Both the position numbers and the translations under genes were made by a program. DNA of 64,000 bases from Eledone cirrhosa (lineage: Eukaryota): NCBI GenBank assembly GCA_964016885.1, contig OZ024748.1, positions 14,260,001 to 14,324,000 on the forward strand. Reading direction: 5' to 3'. Of the stretch, positions 25,260 to 38,554 are shown in pieces. Below the pieces are notes generated by a model that saw nothing but the letters and a program-made list of their open reading frames with translations, searched no databases and was not told the origin of the DNA. Every line of letters begins with the position of its first letter. Position 1 is the stretch's first letter.

Positions 25260-25469
25260 TTAATATTTAAGAGTAGCAGTTCAATTCCTACTACTATCTG
25301 TTTTCAGTCTCAAGGAGTATTTATCTATAGCGATCGACTCTTGTTACATTTATTTCCTACATTTTGGATTGCCACATTTTCAAATATATATATATGTAAA
25401 AGGTGAACAGAAATTATCCATGCTAGCATAGAAAATGGACGTTAAACACAGATGATGGGCTGCCTGGAT

Positions 25470-26412
25470 AGGTTTAAATGAAATATCCGTTAACTCGGGA
25501 AACAAAGTAAGGAGTGCATCAAACTGGTTTCCAGCAGCAGCCACAAAAAATGATGGACTAACAGCACATGGGCATCTCCGCTTCACTTGGCTCGTAAGGG
25601 TGAAGTGGATTTTAGACCTGTGGGAGATTATGGACGACTTAATGCCATCACCATGCCGGACCGTTATCCTCTACCAAATTTACAAGATTTTTCATCCGTT
25701 CTGCATGGATGCAAGATATTTTCCAAAATAGATCTAATACGTGCATACCACCAGATACCCACGAATCCAGAGGATATACCAAAAACAGCTGTGACCACCC
25801 CCTTTGGTTCATTTGAATTCCTGTCCATGCCTTTTGGCTTGCGGAATGCCTCTAGCACGTTCCAATGTTTTATCGATGAAGTCATGCTTGGATTGGATTT
25901 CGTGTTTGCTTACGTGGATGATCTCCTGATAGCCAGTGACACAGCTGAACATCATCAGCAACATCTATCTCAGTTATTTCAACGTCTCCAATCGTACCAG
26001 GTCAGAATCAACCCAGTTAAATGTGTTTGGTACAGCTTCACTGGAATTCCTTGGACATCTTATAGATTCGGAAGGCATACAACCTTTGCCATCTAAGGTA
26101 GAAGTGATTCAGCATATCGCACCACCCACCTCCCTGAAACAATTATGTCATTTCTTGAGATTAATTAACTTTTATCGTAGCTTCATTCCTAACTGAGCGG
26201 ACAAGTTGTTCCCCTTGACACAGTTTTTAAAGGCTGCAAAAAAGAAAGATGCTCCTATTTCACTTTCTGCCGATGCTTTGCAGTCTTTTGAATCCATCAA
26301 GTCTAAGATAGCTGAAGTTTCTTTCCTCGCCCATCCTGTTGCAAACGCAAGACTTTCTTTATCTGTTGATGCATCCGATCATGCTGTTGGAGCAGTTGTG
26401 CAACATGCGATC
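25470..26412 (+). mobile_element. Ty3/Gypsy pol remnant (RT plus start of RNase H), frameshifted, no LTRs, inverted 5' piece
   Basis: WASPLHL, DYGRLN, FSKIDLIRAYHQIP, MPFGLRNA and YVDD motifs; frameshift near 26025; FLGH and LINFYRSFIPN (then stop); LSVDASDHAVGAV. Confidence 0.92.
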
Positions 26413-27383
26413 GATCACGTCGGGGTCACCATTTTTAGTGAGTTGCTCTCTTTTGCCGATCAACCCTTGAAGTGATCACATCGAGTGCAACAGGATTATA
26501 CCTTGTCATGCCACGAGGTACATTTGCTTACCACATTTGTAACATACGGTTATTTTGATAACGCAAGTTATTTTGATACTCGTCTTGAGAAACTTATTAT
26601 GCTTCAGTTATTACTTCGAATGTAGTGAGAGATAATTCTCACGTGAAATGAAATTGTATGAAAATTCTCCTATCTCTTATTTCCATTAAATTTAGTAGTT
26701 GGGATCCAAGTAACCCCGGGACCAACTGACTAAAATGATATACATGTTTACTTTGCCCACGTATATAGATGCATGGATGGTTCAGAAATTAGAAGAGTGA
26801 GAACCAAAATACAGTCATATTTAAAGATGGCAGATGATCAACGAAATTCACAGCAGAAATGGGGCGAAAATGTTTTAATAAAAGCGAAGAAGATCTTCAG
26901 AAGGAAAGGTTCTCCATTTCAGTTAGAGGAGATTCCAAAAACACTCAATATAATTAAGGAACTTGTGTTAGAGTGTCTGCTACATGTAGCTAAATTGGCA
27001 GATTAAATATTCAAAATTATATGATTAAAATTATTTGTGCACGATTACAGAACAAAATAATTAATATGAGTCCTTTGCATTAATGTTATATTCTTTATCT
27101 AGCAAAAAATATGAAAGTGTTTCATTTATTGTATGAGAACCAATTATTAAACCATTTCTACTGATATGAAAGGGGGCCCTTTAGGATTGGTCATGAGTTG
27201 GACACACATGCTTGACTGACCATGAATTTACTTCTCTAAGGCACATGTCAAGTCAATGTAATTTAAAGAAGACCAGGAGTTATCCATGCATGCAAGTCTA
27301 CCCTCTTCATATCACAAATGTCCAAGTATAAGGCAAAGGTTTATGTGATGTTACAACTCATATATATACATTATATATACACT

Positions 27384-27572
27384 AGTAAGCAGGAAGTTAT
27401 ACACAAGATACTGTTGAGGGAACCAACTCATGAGGAATGCAGTAGAGGAAGACCTGCTCAAACCTTCACCAATCAACTCTCAGACAGGGAGCAGTTGCCA
27501 AGAGCAATGGAAAATCGTGGATTGTGGAGAGACTTTGCCAGGAATGTTCAGCAGTAGTTGCAATGATGATGA
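27384..27572 (+). mobile_element. RTE-like LINE extreme 3' end
   Basis: HKILLREPTH..SRGRPAQTF..AMENRGLWR followed by (gat)n. Confidence 0.6.
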
Positions 27573-27584
27573 ATAAATATTTGC

Positions 27585-27952
27585 AAGGGTTTGAGGATTA
27601 CATTCCTACAACACTCGCAAAGAGGAAATAACCACAAATGTTGAACATGGTCCATAAAAATGCATTTAAATGTCAAAATATATCATAAAATATAATTTAA
27701 AAAATGAGAGAGCATCTTATGCGAAGGGGCATCCAATAAGCCTGTAAATACAGTATATTGTTATTAATAATTTAATGTTAAAAAAATATATATAGCCACA
27801 AAAAGCCATTAAAAAATTGCAGAAGATATTTATGATTCCACAAATATGCGGTGGTTTCCACAAACAATTATTAGTTATGTTCTAAGGAAAATTCCATGAA
27901 TAACTGGGACCAAGAACACCAGGACAATGAATGCTGGGGGTACACACTGTAT
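27585..27952. mobile_element. Tigger/pogo-like MITE remnant
   Basis: Right end ggggtacacactg-TA and matching decayed subterminal motifs. Confidence 0.35.
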
Positions 27953-27957
27953 ATAAT

Positions 27958-28290
27958 ATTTGTTTCTACGTTTGGCACAAGGCCAGCAATTATCCCAGTA
28001 CATTACTGGTACTTTATTTTATCAACCCCGTAAGGATGAAAGACAGAGTTAACCTTGGCGAGATTTGAACTCAGGCCGTAAAGGGCCATAACTCTATGCT
28101 ACAAAGCATGGTGTCTGACGCTCCACTGATACTGCCAATCCGCTGCCTTATAATGTTTCTACTATTGCCTTATAATGTTTCTACTATGTTTCTACAAGGC
28201 CAGCAATTACTCCAGTGCATTACTGGTGCTTTATTTTATTGACACTCTCAGAACAAAAGACAAACCCTCTACCGATACTGCCAATCTATG
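27958..28290 (-). mobile_element. SINE family 1 copy plus partial copy
   Basis: Reverse complement of the family 1 consensus. Confidence 0.85.
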
Positions 28291-30871
28291 ATATTGTCCA
28301 ACTGAAAGACAACAGCTTGGCTCCAGTGCCATTTTATCTAATATTTTCTTAGCTGGCAGACTGGAGCAATGTGACAAACTGTTTTACTTACAAACACAAC
28401 CCACCAGCTCATGGTATTATGTCGAACATCCTAACCAGTTGGATATACACTATCAGTACTGAGGTGTTGAATAAGATAGGAAACAGCTTTGCAATTTGCC
28501 ATAAGATTTCCATCAACAATGCCTTGATAATGCCAAGCTGTATTATTTAGTGCTAACAGAAAAGTGATAGAACTTAGAAGAGACTTGTTATTAAATTTCA
28601 TATCTAAAACTCAATGTAAATTAAACATGTAACTAAGAAGGAAAAATAGAAAGTACCATGAAATTGTGAGTAGTGTATTTATTAAGAGATATATCAAACT
28701 ACCATTATATTTTAGAAATTTGATATGACTAGAAATCTAAAGAAATATAAAGTTGCGCTTACATTGTTCTGTCTAACCATTAAACATTCTTTTGATTATT
28801 ATTTGATAGCATTTGCTTCAGTTAATCTTTTGAACACTAGAACACAATCTTCATATTCCAAAAGCTATTTTGTTAGCGTTGCCATCTTTTGACATATCAT
28901 TTGATTGATCTACGCTGTTTTTCAGTTCTGATATGGCTACAACATAGCTTTTTAATCATTGCTTAAGTGAACTTCTGTTAACCCTTTCATTATAATATTT
29001 CTAATGAAAGACATTGCTGGTAATTTTCAATTCATTTTGAAAATAATCAAGAATTTGGAGAGATTTAGTAATATAACAAACTTCCTCATTAATAAGGTAA
29101 TGGCTGGAACATATCTTAATAAAGGTTCTTACATAAAATTATATTGGAAAGTGTTTAGATAAATATAAACACTATAACCCTTCCATAACCTTATTTCTAA
29201 TGAAATACACTGCCTGCAATTTTCAAATGATTTTTTAAATATTCAGACATTTGGAGAGACATAGTAATATAACTTTCTTATTATTAAACTAGTGTTTGGG
29301 ACATAACTTAATGAAGGTACTTATAGGAAATTATGATGGAAGACTTTTAGATAGGATTGGGCTGCATATCGTTAAAATACCCAAGAACCCCCCAATGAGA
29401 TACAAACATGTATGATGCCACCTAAACTTGTATAGGAAATAGCTGTATATTTCATTTCATATGAGTTCTTAGGAATGTCAAGTCCCCACATAAGAGATTC
29501 TGTGGTTCTGCATGATATGGTGTTTTTAATAAGAACAAAATATACCGTATTTCCCGGCGCCAAAGACGCTTCATTCTCGAGGATGCTCCCTAATTTTGAC
29601 AACCAAAAATTTGAAAAAAAATAATAAACAAGGATGCATCATAGATTTTTGAGACTTATATTACGAAAAAAGTAGCATCTTCGACACCGAATAAATTATT
29701 CTCTCTCTATCTAAAACAATTCTTGTTTCAATTAATGTTTTATGAACATTAGTTACGTGGAGATTTTCCATAAAATATACATATGGATTCCACGAGATGA
29801 ACCTAGACATTTAAAAACTTGCATAAATATTCAGGATTTGTAGACTCTTTCAACCCATGTTAGAAATGTAAAGCAGATGTATAGTAACAACAACAAACCA
29901 ACAAACAAAACAATTGGAAATATATCATAATCCAAAGAATTCATGAGTCTGTAAAAAGAAAAGGATGCAGGAAGATTATGATGAGTAAAAAGTGAGAAAG
30001 AAAGAAAGATGGAAAGAAAGAAAGAAAGTAAGAAATATAGACAACATAAGAAAACTGACTGCTTTTAAATTACTTCTAGCAAGCAAATTTTTACAGTAGT
30101 TTAGATGTGGAAGATAAGGAATGAGAACCAAAATAGAATGAGTCTAGCTATGATTTATCTCACAATTATATGAAATCAGTTTCTCATTCATCAATCAACA
30201 TTTTGAATCATTCCTCCATGACTTGAGCAGTAAAACTAATTCGAGAAGTTTTCCCATTATTCTTTGTTGCTGTTGTTGTTGTTGGTTTTCTGAACCCTTT
30301 ACTACCTATGAATATTCTCAAAGCAAGTTTTCAGCATAAAATTTAACTTCTTTTTATATTATGTTTGTATTATTTAGATTAATCTAACTATCCATTTGTC
30401 TTCAATCAACATAAGTTTCTTTGCGTAGCATTTTGTTCCAATGTTAATGCAGTTGCAACTGATACATATCTATCTGTCTATTGTGTTCATGTTAATTCAT
30501 CTCCTCATATGATAAACACAGTTTAATTATTGACATATCTTTATATGGAATGGCGAAAATTAAGTTTGTCTGTTTATCTTGGAAACATTGTCGCCATTTC
30601 TCAATGTTTCCTGACAAAATAGTTAACATAGAGATCCAGATCCTCCACAAAATTATCCATTAATTATAAAATTCTGAGTCTGAGCTCTCCATACAAGCTT
30701 GGCATAAAGTAGGAAAGATTAAAGAAAGGAGATACAGAAAGACTGAAAGTTCTTATGGAGCGAAATGGGGCTAAGTGCTAATCTAAAATAGATTATTTTG
30801 AAAATTAGAAAACAGCCACTTTGTGTTCTAAAATTGGGCAATGTAGTCTTGTCTTTTAACTACAATTTCTT

Positions 30872-30877
<6 letters not shown>

Positions 30878-30966
<89 letters not shown>

Positions 30967-30972
30967 TCTCTC
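30878..30972. repeat. (CT)n microsatellite
   Basis: Directly visible. Confidence 0.98.
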
Positions 30973-31202
30973 CAATTCTGTTTCTCTCTCAGCTGTCTCA
31001 CTTTATTTCACCCTTTCTCTCTCTTTCCCTCCATTCTATTTCACCATTTCTCTCACTCTCTCACACACAATTTTTAGGTTTCTGTGTTTGTATGTGTGAA
31101 TGTGTATGAATTCATATATAGGCATAATGTGCTTGTTCCTGATTGTAGATGTCTTTATTCTATATGCATTGTCTGCTTGAGTATAAATCCATATATATAT
31201 AT

Positions 31203-31286
31203 GGAAAAATTCAGGACCCCGACGGCTGAGCTCCTGCCATTTTAACAGCTACAATGGTCTAACTGGTTTTTACCACCTCCAATCTG
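31203..31286 (-). mobile_element. Half-hammerhead family, single-arm copy E
   Basis: caggaccccgacggctgagctcctgccatttt matches the arm of copies A-D. Confidence 0.65.
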
Positions 31287-31305
31287 ATATATATATGTAT
31301 ATATA

Positions 31306-32166
31306 TACCACTATTGGCCGCTGAAGGGTTCTCTCTAAAAATGAAAGGCAGGCTGTATGATGTCTGCATACGAACAGCAATGTTACATTAAAGTGAGACT
31401 TGGGCATTGTGTGCAGAGGATATACGCAGGCTGGAGAGGAACAAAGCTTGCATGCTCCGTTGGATGTGTAATAGTAATATACGTAAATGGCAAAGCATAA
31501 ATGAACTAAGGGAGAAATTAGGAATAAGAGGGATCAGATGTTGTTTACTCGAGAAAAGACTACGTTGGTATGGTCATGTGATGCGCATGAAAGACGACAG
31601 CTGTATAAAAAAGTGCAGGGCGATAACAATAGACGGTAGCCACGGAGTAGGCAGACCCAGAAAAACCTGGGACGACTTGATAAATTCCGACCTCCCACAC
31701 TTACACCTCTCCAACTCAATGTCACTGGACCAAGATCTTTGGCGCTACACAGTAATACAGAACACCCACCTTGCCTAAGTACAAAGCGAAACCTACAGTC
31801 AGTAGGCACACCTCTTAACAAAAACACACCCCCGTCCCACCCCCATCCACACCACCCCTTTCGATGTAAAGTTATGTTGGTGCCACACCATTCAGGCCGA
31901 AACAAATGAGATCGTGTAGGTGTCACGACAAAAAACAGACAGTCCACGCTGTAATGTGGCCGTGTAGGCAACACGGTAAAAACCTCCCAGACCCACACTG
32001 TAAATGTGGTTGGTGTTAGGAAGGGCATCCAGCCATAGAAAACCCGCCAGACAGTCCAATACGAGCAAGACAACCAATCTTGCCTCAAGTGGGAAAATTC
32101 CGTCCAAACCCAAGCAAGCGTGGAAGATGGACGTTAAACGATGATGATGATGATGATGATGATGAT
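31306..32166 (+). mobile_element. RTE-clade LINE, 5'-truncated
   Basis: ETWAL..MLRWMC..RLRWYGHVMRM..GRPRKTW, then a 3' UTR and (GAT)n tail. Confidence 0.92.
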
Positions 32167-32911
32167 ATATATATATATAGAGAGAGAGGGAGTTAGATAG
32201 ATAACATGTTTACATGTGGTTAATATTTTTAAAAATGTATATACTGCATGTGTACTTGCAACTCAGTCTATGTAATGTGTTAATCACAATGACTGTATAT
32301 CAGTATATGTGTCTGTGAATGTGTGTATGTTTAAAAAGGTTCATTAAAAAAACTTGATATAAGCTATAACAAAAGAACACTTTAATGACACAGCCATTTC
32401 ATTGCCTACATCTTAATTAGCAGAAGGTGAATGGTTATGTAGATTAAAAGAAGTTAAATTTCATATATATATATATATCAGTAAAAATATATATATATTT
32501 CCAATTACATCAATGAAATAAAGAGAAACTTTATATCAGTTGATCTTTATAATTTTATAATCTGCTTTTTAGCTAAAGCTTCCAGAAGTGTGGTGCCTAA
32601 AATGTCAGATGTAAAATAACATTCTGGTCTCGTTTGAAGTCTCAAGAACTATTTTACTTCAATAAAAATAATGACTATAAATTCCATTTGCCATATTTTG
32701 TTGTTGTTGTTGTTAAAGTTGTCTTTTTATATTTTATTGTTACCTTATTGTTAATCTCGTTTCAAAATAACCTTTACATGAATTATATTTAACAAAATGT
32801 GAAGAACATTCTGTTGATAATCTTCACTTTTATTTACTCTTACTTGGTAAATTTATCAAAAATATAACTACTTCAATGTTTTTTCTGCACAAAATATTAA
32901 GTTACTGTTTG

Positions 32912-32970
<59 letters not shown>

Positions 32971-32975
<5 letters not shown>

Positions 32976-33162
32976 GAAAGCGTCAGGACCCTGAGGCTGA
33001 GCTCCAGCCATTTCGACAGCTATTTCTGAAATAGCTGTCGAAACGGCCGGAGCTCAGCCATCAGGGTCCTTACTCTTTTCTTATTACCCACACTTCTTCC
33101 CATAGTGTTGAGTACTCTGGTGTGATATGGTCCACCTGGTTCCTTACCACACTTCCTTCGTT
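32971..33162 (+). mobile_element. Fold-back half-hammerhead element, copy C
   Basis: Arms around gacagctatttc-t-gaaatagctgtc; GAAACGGC..GCCATCagggtcc; tail ends ttccttcgtt; (TA)n flanks. Confidence 0.85.
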
Positions 33163-33185
33163 TTATATATATATATATTATCATT

Positions 33186-33372
33186 GGTGAATTGGCAGTA
33201 TCGGTAGAGAGTCGGATGCCATGCTTTCCAGCATAGTTATGTCCCTTTACTGTCTGATTTCAAATCCCGCCGAGGTTAACGTTGCCTTTCACCCTTACGG
33301 GGTCGATAAAATAAAGTACCAGTAACGTACTGGGTAATTGCTGGCCTTGTGCCAAAAGTAGAAACAATTATT
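33186..33372 (+). mobile_element. SINE family 1
   Basis: Full consensus match. Confidence 0.9.
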
Positions 33373-33381
33373 ATACAAATG

Positions 33382-33430
33382 ACTTCTACAGGTCTAGAAC
33401 TGTTTCAGTCAAAATAAATCATCAGGAAAT
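33382..33430 (-). ncRNA. Compact type I hammerhead motif
   Basis: atttc-CTGATGA-tttattttgact-GAA-acag ttctagac ctgt-A-gaagt. GUA triplet, tctaga palindrome in loop III, weak stem II. Confidence 0.6.
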
Positions 33431-34486
33431 ATGTATGCCTATACTCTACTAATGTATTGAGTACCTTTTTGAACTGTGTGTATGTGAAGATTTATGGATT
33501 AGCTCTATCTAAAATTATTATTACTTCAAATGCTTATAGTATCTTTTCTAGTGAACAGGTTGTTTTGAAAATTTGAAGTATTAGAGTAAATATTTCTACC
33601 TTTATAGTAAAATAATGTGATTGTTTGTTCTTTTCAAGAATGGTTTTCTAAATGATGTTAAGACTTTATGGTTAGTACGTTCAGCTCATTATTGTAAAAC
33701 TCCATATGCTCCAGAAATGGCTTTTGGTTTTCAAACACTAATTGGTTTAAATTATTCTAACAAGTGTTTCGATTTGTGACAAATAAAATTTACTCATTCT
33801 GAACTGAATAGGTCTTTTTAGTTGAGTGTCTCAGGCATAGAATATTTATTTTCTCCAAGAGCAAAGTTCATATCTCTAACTCACAAAGTCATGAAAAACC
33901 ATTGACTTCTTCTTTGCTCAATTATTCCTGAGAAGGTTGTGGAGGCAGAGACCTCAATCACCCCTTCCAGCAGATCCTGTCAGAAGCAACCAACTCCAAC
34001 TGATCCAGTTGGATCTCCAAGTGAGACCATACATGCTCATGGAAGTTATCCAACAATCTTGCTTGGTATAAAAATAATTGACAAACCTTGTAGATGTATA
34101 TGAGCATCATCATTTTTACGTCGCTTGCATGGGTTGGAAAGGTCCATCTCTCCACATGTTGCCTTCCTTTGTCATTTCCTCTGTGAGTTTCAGTGATTTG
34201 AGGTCATCATTCATAACTTCTTCTCAGGCCTTTCTTGGTCTACCTCTACTGTGGCTTCATTCCACTGGCATTTCTTCACACAATGATCATTGTCCATGCA
34301 TATCAGATGAATATATATATATATTTATTCTCTGTTGTTTATTGTTATTACAGAAAACCAAATTTATTGAAAAAGTTATTATTCTCTAAGACAAAATATA
34401 ATTTTTTGCCAATCAATAACGTGCTTTTTTAAATCTGCAATTTATTAACAATAAAATAACCACTAAAATCATATATATATATATAT

Positions 34487-35144
34487 AAATTAGAAATAAG
34501 AGGGATCAGATGTTGTTTACTCGAGAGAAGGCTACGTTGGTATGGACACGTGATGCGCATGAAAGTCGATAGCTGTATAACAAAGTGCAGGGCAATAAAG
34601 ATAGACGGTAGCCACGGAATAGGCAGACCTAGAAAAACCTGGGACGAGCTGATAAACTCCGACCTCACACACTTACACCTCTCCAAGACAATGTCACTGG
34701 ACCGAGACCTTTGGCGGTACTCAGTAATAGAGAAGACCCGCCTTACCTAAATACATAGTAAAACCTACTACAGTCAGTAGGCATCTCTAACAAAATACCC
34801 CCCTGTACCACCACCCCCACCACATCCACACCGCCCCCTTCTATGTAAAGTTATGTTGGTGCCACACCATCCAGGCCGAAACAAATGAGATCGTGTAGGT
34901 GTCACGACAAAAAAACACACAGTCCACGCTGTAATGTGGCCGTGTAGGCAACATGGTAAAAACCTCCCAGACCCACACTGTAAATGTGGTTGGTGTTAGG
35001 AAGGGCATCCAACTGTAGAAAACCTGCCAGACAGTCCTATGCGAGCAAGACAATCACTCTTGCCTCAAGTGGGAAAACCCCCGTCCAAACCCATGCAAGC
35101 GTGGAACACAAACGTTAAACGTTGATGATGATGATGATGATGAT
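34487..35144 (+). mobile_element. RTE-clade LINE, 5'-truncated
   Basis: Nearly identical to the reverse complement of 40325-40981; (GAT)n tail. Confidence 0.92.
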
Positions 35145-35632
35145 ATATGTGTGTGTGTGTATGTCTATGTGTGTGTGTCTAAGTGTGTTTGTATGTGTGT
35201 GTATACGTATATATATGTATGTACATAGCCTTAGCCTTTGTCAAGGCAGAATTCTAGGAGAAGGAAAACTCTGATATAACACCTGCAACCCTGATGGTAT
35301 CCAATGATGATGACTTGTTCTTCTTTTTGGTAAATATCATCTTGGTTAAGAGAGTGGGACTGGCTTTGTGCAGTGCCTTTGCTCACTATAAAAGCTTCAT
35401 AGCACAGGCATTGCTTTATATCTGGAGATCTCTCTGCACTTGTCATCACATGGTACCAAGGGCCCAGCACTATGTGTCAATAATTGTCACAAGTGTAGTG
35501 TTTGTACCAGAGTTTTCAAGTCTGGACTAAAAAGTCACACATGTTCAGCACATCGGTAGGGGTTCTCCTACATGGATATAAAGTAGTGGCTGTACTCGAA
35601 AACGAGTTGGCAGCCACCATATATGTATGTAT

Positions 35633-36013
35633 ATGGCTTAATGGTTAGAGCATTGGCCTTGCAATCGAAAGGTTGTGAGTTCAATTCTCAGACCGGGTCA
35701 TGTGTTGTTTCCTTGAGCGCAAGACACTTTATTTCACATTGCTCCAGTTTACTCAGCTGTAGAAATGAGGTGATAGGGTCTGGGGTCCCTATCATTCCAC
35801 TGCAAAGTGGTCGTGGAGGTGCCACAGCAAAACAGCCCCCAGCCAACACTGTAAAGTGGATGTGTAGGCGCCACGGAAAAAAGCACCCAGCACTCACTGT
35901 AAATGAGGTTGGTGTTAGGAAGAGCATCCAGCTGTAGAAATCAAGTCAGAATCAGTTCCCGTCCCACCCTTGCAAGCAGGTAAAAGCGGACATAAAATGA
36001 TGATGATGATGAT
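35633..36013 (+). mobile_element. SINE family 2 with RTE-derived 3' tail
   Basis: tRNA-like head, ccttgagc..agacactttatttcac core, and tail ggttggtgttaggaagagcatccagctgtagaaa..(GAT)n shared with the RTE. Confidence 0.88.
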
Positions 36014-36399
36014 ATATATATATATATATGTATATATACACATATACACACACACATTTATTTAAAAAAAATATATAGTCTATTTAATTCTTGTGAAAAA
36101 CTTAATTATTCACATGAAAATAATATAACCATTAAATGGGCTTATATAAGTAGTGATGGTTCTCAGATCATTGTTACTATTATTATTATTATTATTATTA
36201 TATATAATAAAGAAATCATTATTATTATTATTATTATTATTGCTGCTGCTGTTGTTTGTACTGTTATAATGTACAGAAAAATTTAAATACATTTCCATTA
36301 GAACATAAGCTGAATATTTATTTTGAGTTGAATTTTCACAATACTGTCTATGTATATATATATATATACATATATACATAGATATATATATATATATAT

Positions 36400-36438
<39 letters not shown>

Positions 36439-36501
36439 CATATACATATATATATATATACACATACATACACATATACACATATATATACACACATGCA
36501 T

Positions 36502-36548
<47 letters not shown>

Positions 36549-36904
36549 CATTGTTTTAATCTGTTTCCGAAGTATTTTTTTCTCTTTGCCATTGTCTAGT
36601 ATTCTAGTATTTTCAGTCAAGTTGATGTTACTATATTTTGAATTGAATTTTCAATAAATACATATTCTTTAAATCACATTATTATTATTTACAAACATAT
36701 TTATATTCTTTCAATGATACATATATCCTTTTAACATCCACTTCAAAATAATTTGTCTTTATCCTAATCAATATTCATCTACTCCATTGTCGTCTTCTTC
36801 ATCATTGTCTATTTTGTCTTCATTTTTACTTCATCTCTATCATCTTCATCTGTTTCATCTTCTTCATCATCATCTTCTTTGACTTTGTCTCCATCATCTT
36901 CAAA

Positions 36905-37607
36905 TGCTATCGAGGTAAACATTGCCTTTCATCCTTCTGGGGTTAATAAAATATAATACCAGTCAAGTACAGGCTGGTTTGATTTGTTAATTGCTTGCCT
37001 TCTGCCTAAATTAGAATTGCAGCAAAGAGTTACGGCCCTTCATCATCTGAGTTCAAATCCCGCCGAGGTTAACTTTGCCTTTCATCATTACGGGGTTGAT
37101 AAAATAAAGTACCAGTAATACACTGGGCTAATTGCTGGCCTTGTGCCAAAAGTAAAAACAATTATTATCATTAGTATTCATTATCATCATCATCATTTTA
37201 GATCTACTTTTCCCTGCTTGCAAGAGTTGGACGGGTTCTATTCAGCACAGCATCTTTCCATTTATCATGGTACCTCGTCAGCTTCAGTGATGTGAGTTCA
37301 GCTCTCACCACCTCCGCCCATGTAACTTATGGTCTTCCTCTACTGCGTCTTCCTTCTACTGGGATTTCTTGGCACTTCTTTATTATTATTATTATTTGGC
37401 AGTATCGGTAGAGGGTCGGACGCCATGCTTTGATGCATAGAGTTACGGCCCTTTCCATTCTGAGTTCAAATCCCGCCGATGTTAACTTTGCCTTTCATCC
37501 TTACAGGGTCGATAAAATAAAGTACCAGTACTGGGTAATTGCTGGCCTTGTGCCAAAAGTACTGGGTAATTGCTGGCCTTGTATTGTTATTATTATTATT
37601 ATTACAG

Positions 37608-37641
<34 letters not shown>

Positions 37642-37812
37642 TAGAGGATTGGCAGTATCGGTAGAGAATCAGACACCATGCTTTGCAGCATTGAGTTACA
37701 GCCCTTTATGATCTGAGTTCAAATCCTGCCAAAGTTATATTTCCCTTTTATCCTCATAGTTTCAATAAAATAAAGTACCAGTAATGTATTGAGGTAAATT
37801 TAATCGACTTTT
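36905..37812 (+). mobile_element. Cluster of SINE family 1 copies with an RTE tail fragment
   Basis: Copies at about 36905-37010, 37017-37165, 37396-37582 and 37645-37812; RTE-like tail on minus at 37185-37380. Confidence 0.8.
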
Positions 37813-37859
37813 ATTATTTCATTTATCTCAGAATTTTTTGAAACTTCTGAATTCTTGCA

Positions 37860-38130
37860 TGAGTAGCTGGCTGGCAACCTGCAGCATATGGTGCCATGCT
37901 AGAGTAGCAGGCTTACTACCTGCAGCATATGGTACCATGCTAGAGTAGCTGGCTGGCAACCTGCAGCATATAGTGCCATGCTAGAGTAGCAGGCTTACTA
38001 CCTGCAGCATATGGTACCATGCTAGAGTAGCAGGCTTACTACCTGCAGCATATGGTACCATGCTAGAGTAGCAGGTTTACTACCTGCAGCCTAAGGTACT
38101 ATAGTAGAGTAGTGGGCATTCTACCTGTGG
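37860..38130. repeat. 41-bp minisatellite, about 6.5 copies
   Basis: gagtagcaggcttactacctgcagcatatggtaccatgcta; units start at 37861, 37902, 37943 and so on. Confidence 0.95.
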
Positions 38131-38349
38131 CCTATGTTTCCATGGTGTTATGGGGTCTCAGGTTGAGCTGTGCTCTAGGTTTAATGTGGTTGTATGTCGC
38201 AGAGTGTAGATATAGTGACAATAATAAAAGTTTATATGCCTGATTCACATCATCCAAACCCGACTCTTCGACATCTCCTCACATATGTGAGTTTACATAT
38301 GAGAATTATGCATCTCAGATTACATTTATATATGTATATATAGAGAGAG

Positions 38350-38397
<48 letters not shown>

Positions 38398-38421
38398 TAG
38401 ATAGATATAGATATAGATATG

Positions 38422-38471
38422 GCTTCTACCGGACTAGAACTGTTTCATTCAGGAGAAACCATCAGGAAAGC
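38422..38471 (-). ncRNA. Decayed compact hammerhead, same family as 33382
   Basis: gctttc-CTGATGG-tttctcctgaat-GAAACagttctagtccgGTA-gaagc. Confidence 0.5.
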
Positions 38472-38493
38472 TGACTGTCAATGTAATATGGTA

Positions 38494-38554
<61 letters not shown>

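Noticed and set aside
26773-27006. 77-aa non-repetitive ORF
   Set aside because: No recognisable domain or convincing splice context; possibly a decayed transposon.
35633-35700. tRNA gene-like sequence (also at other SINE heads)
   Set aside because: No complete cloverleaf, and the sequence continues into a SINE body and tail.
37860-38130. CRISPR-like regular repeat
   Set aside because: No unique spacers, eukaryotic context and no cas genes; it is a minisatellite.
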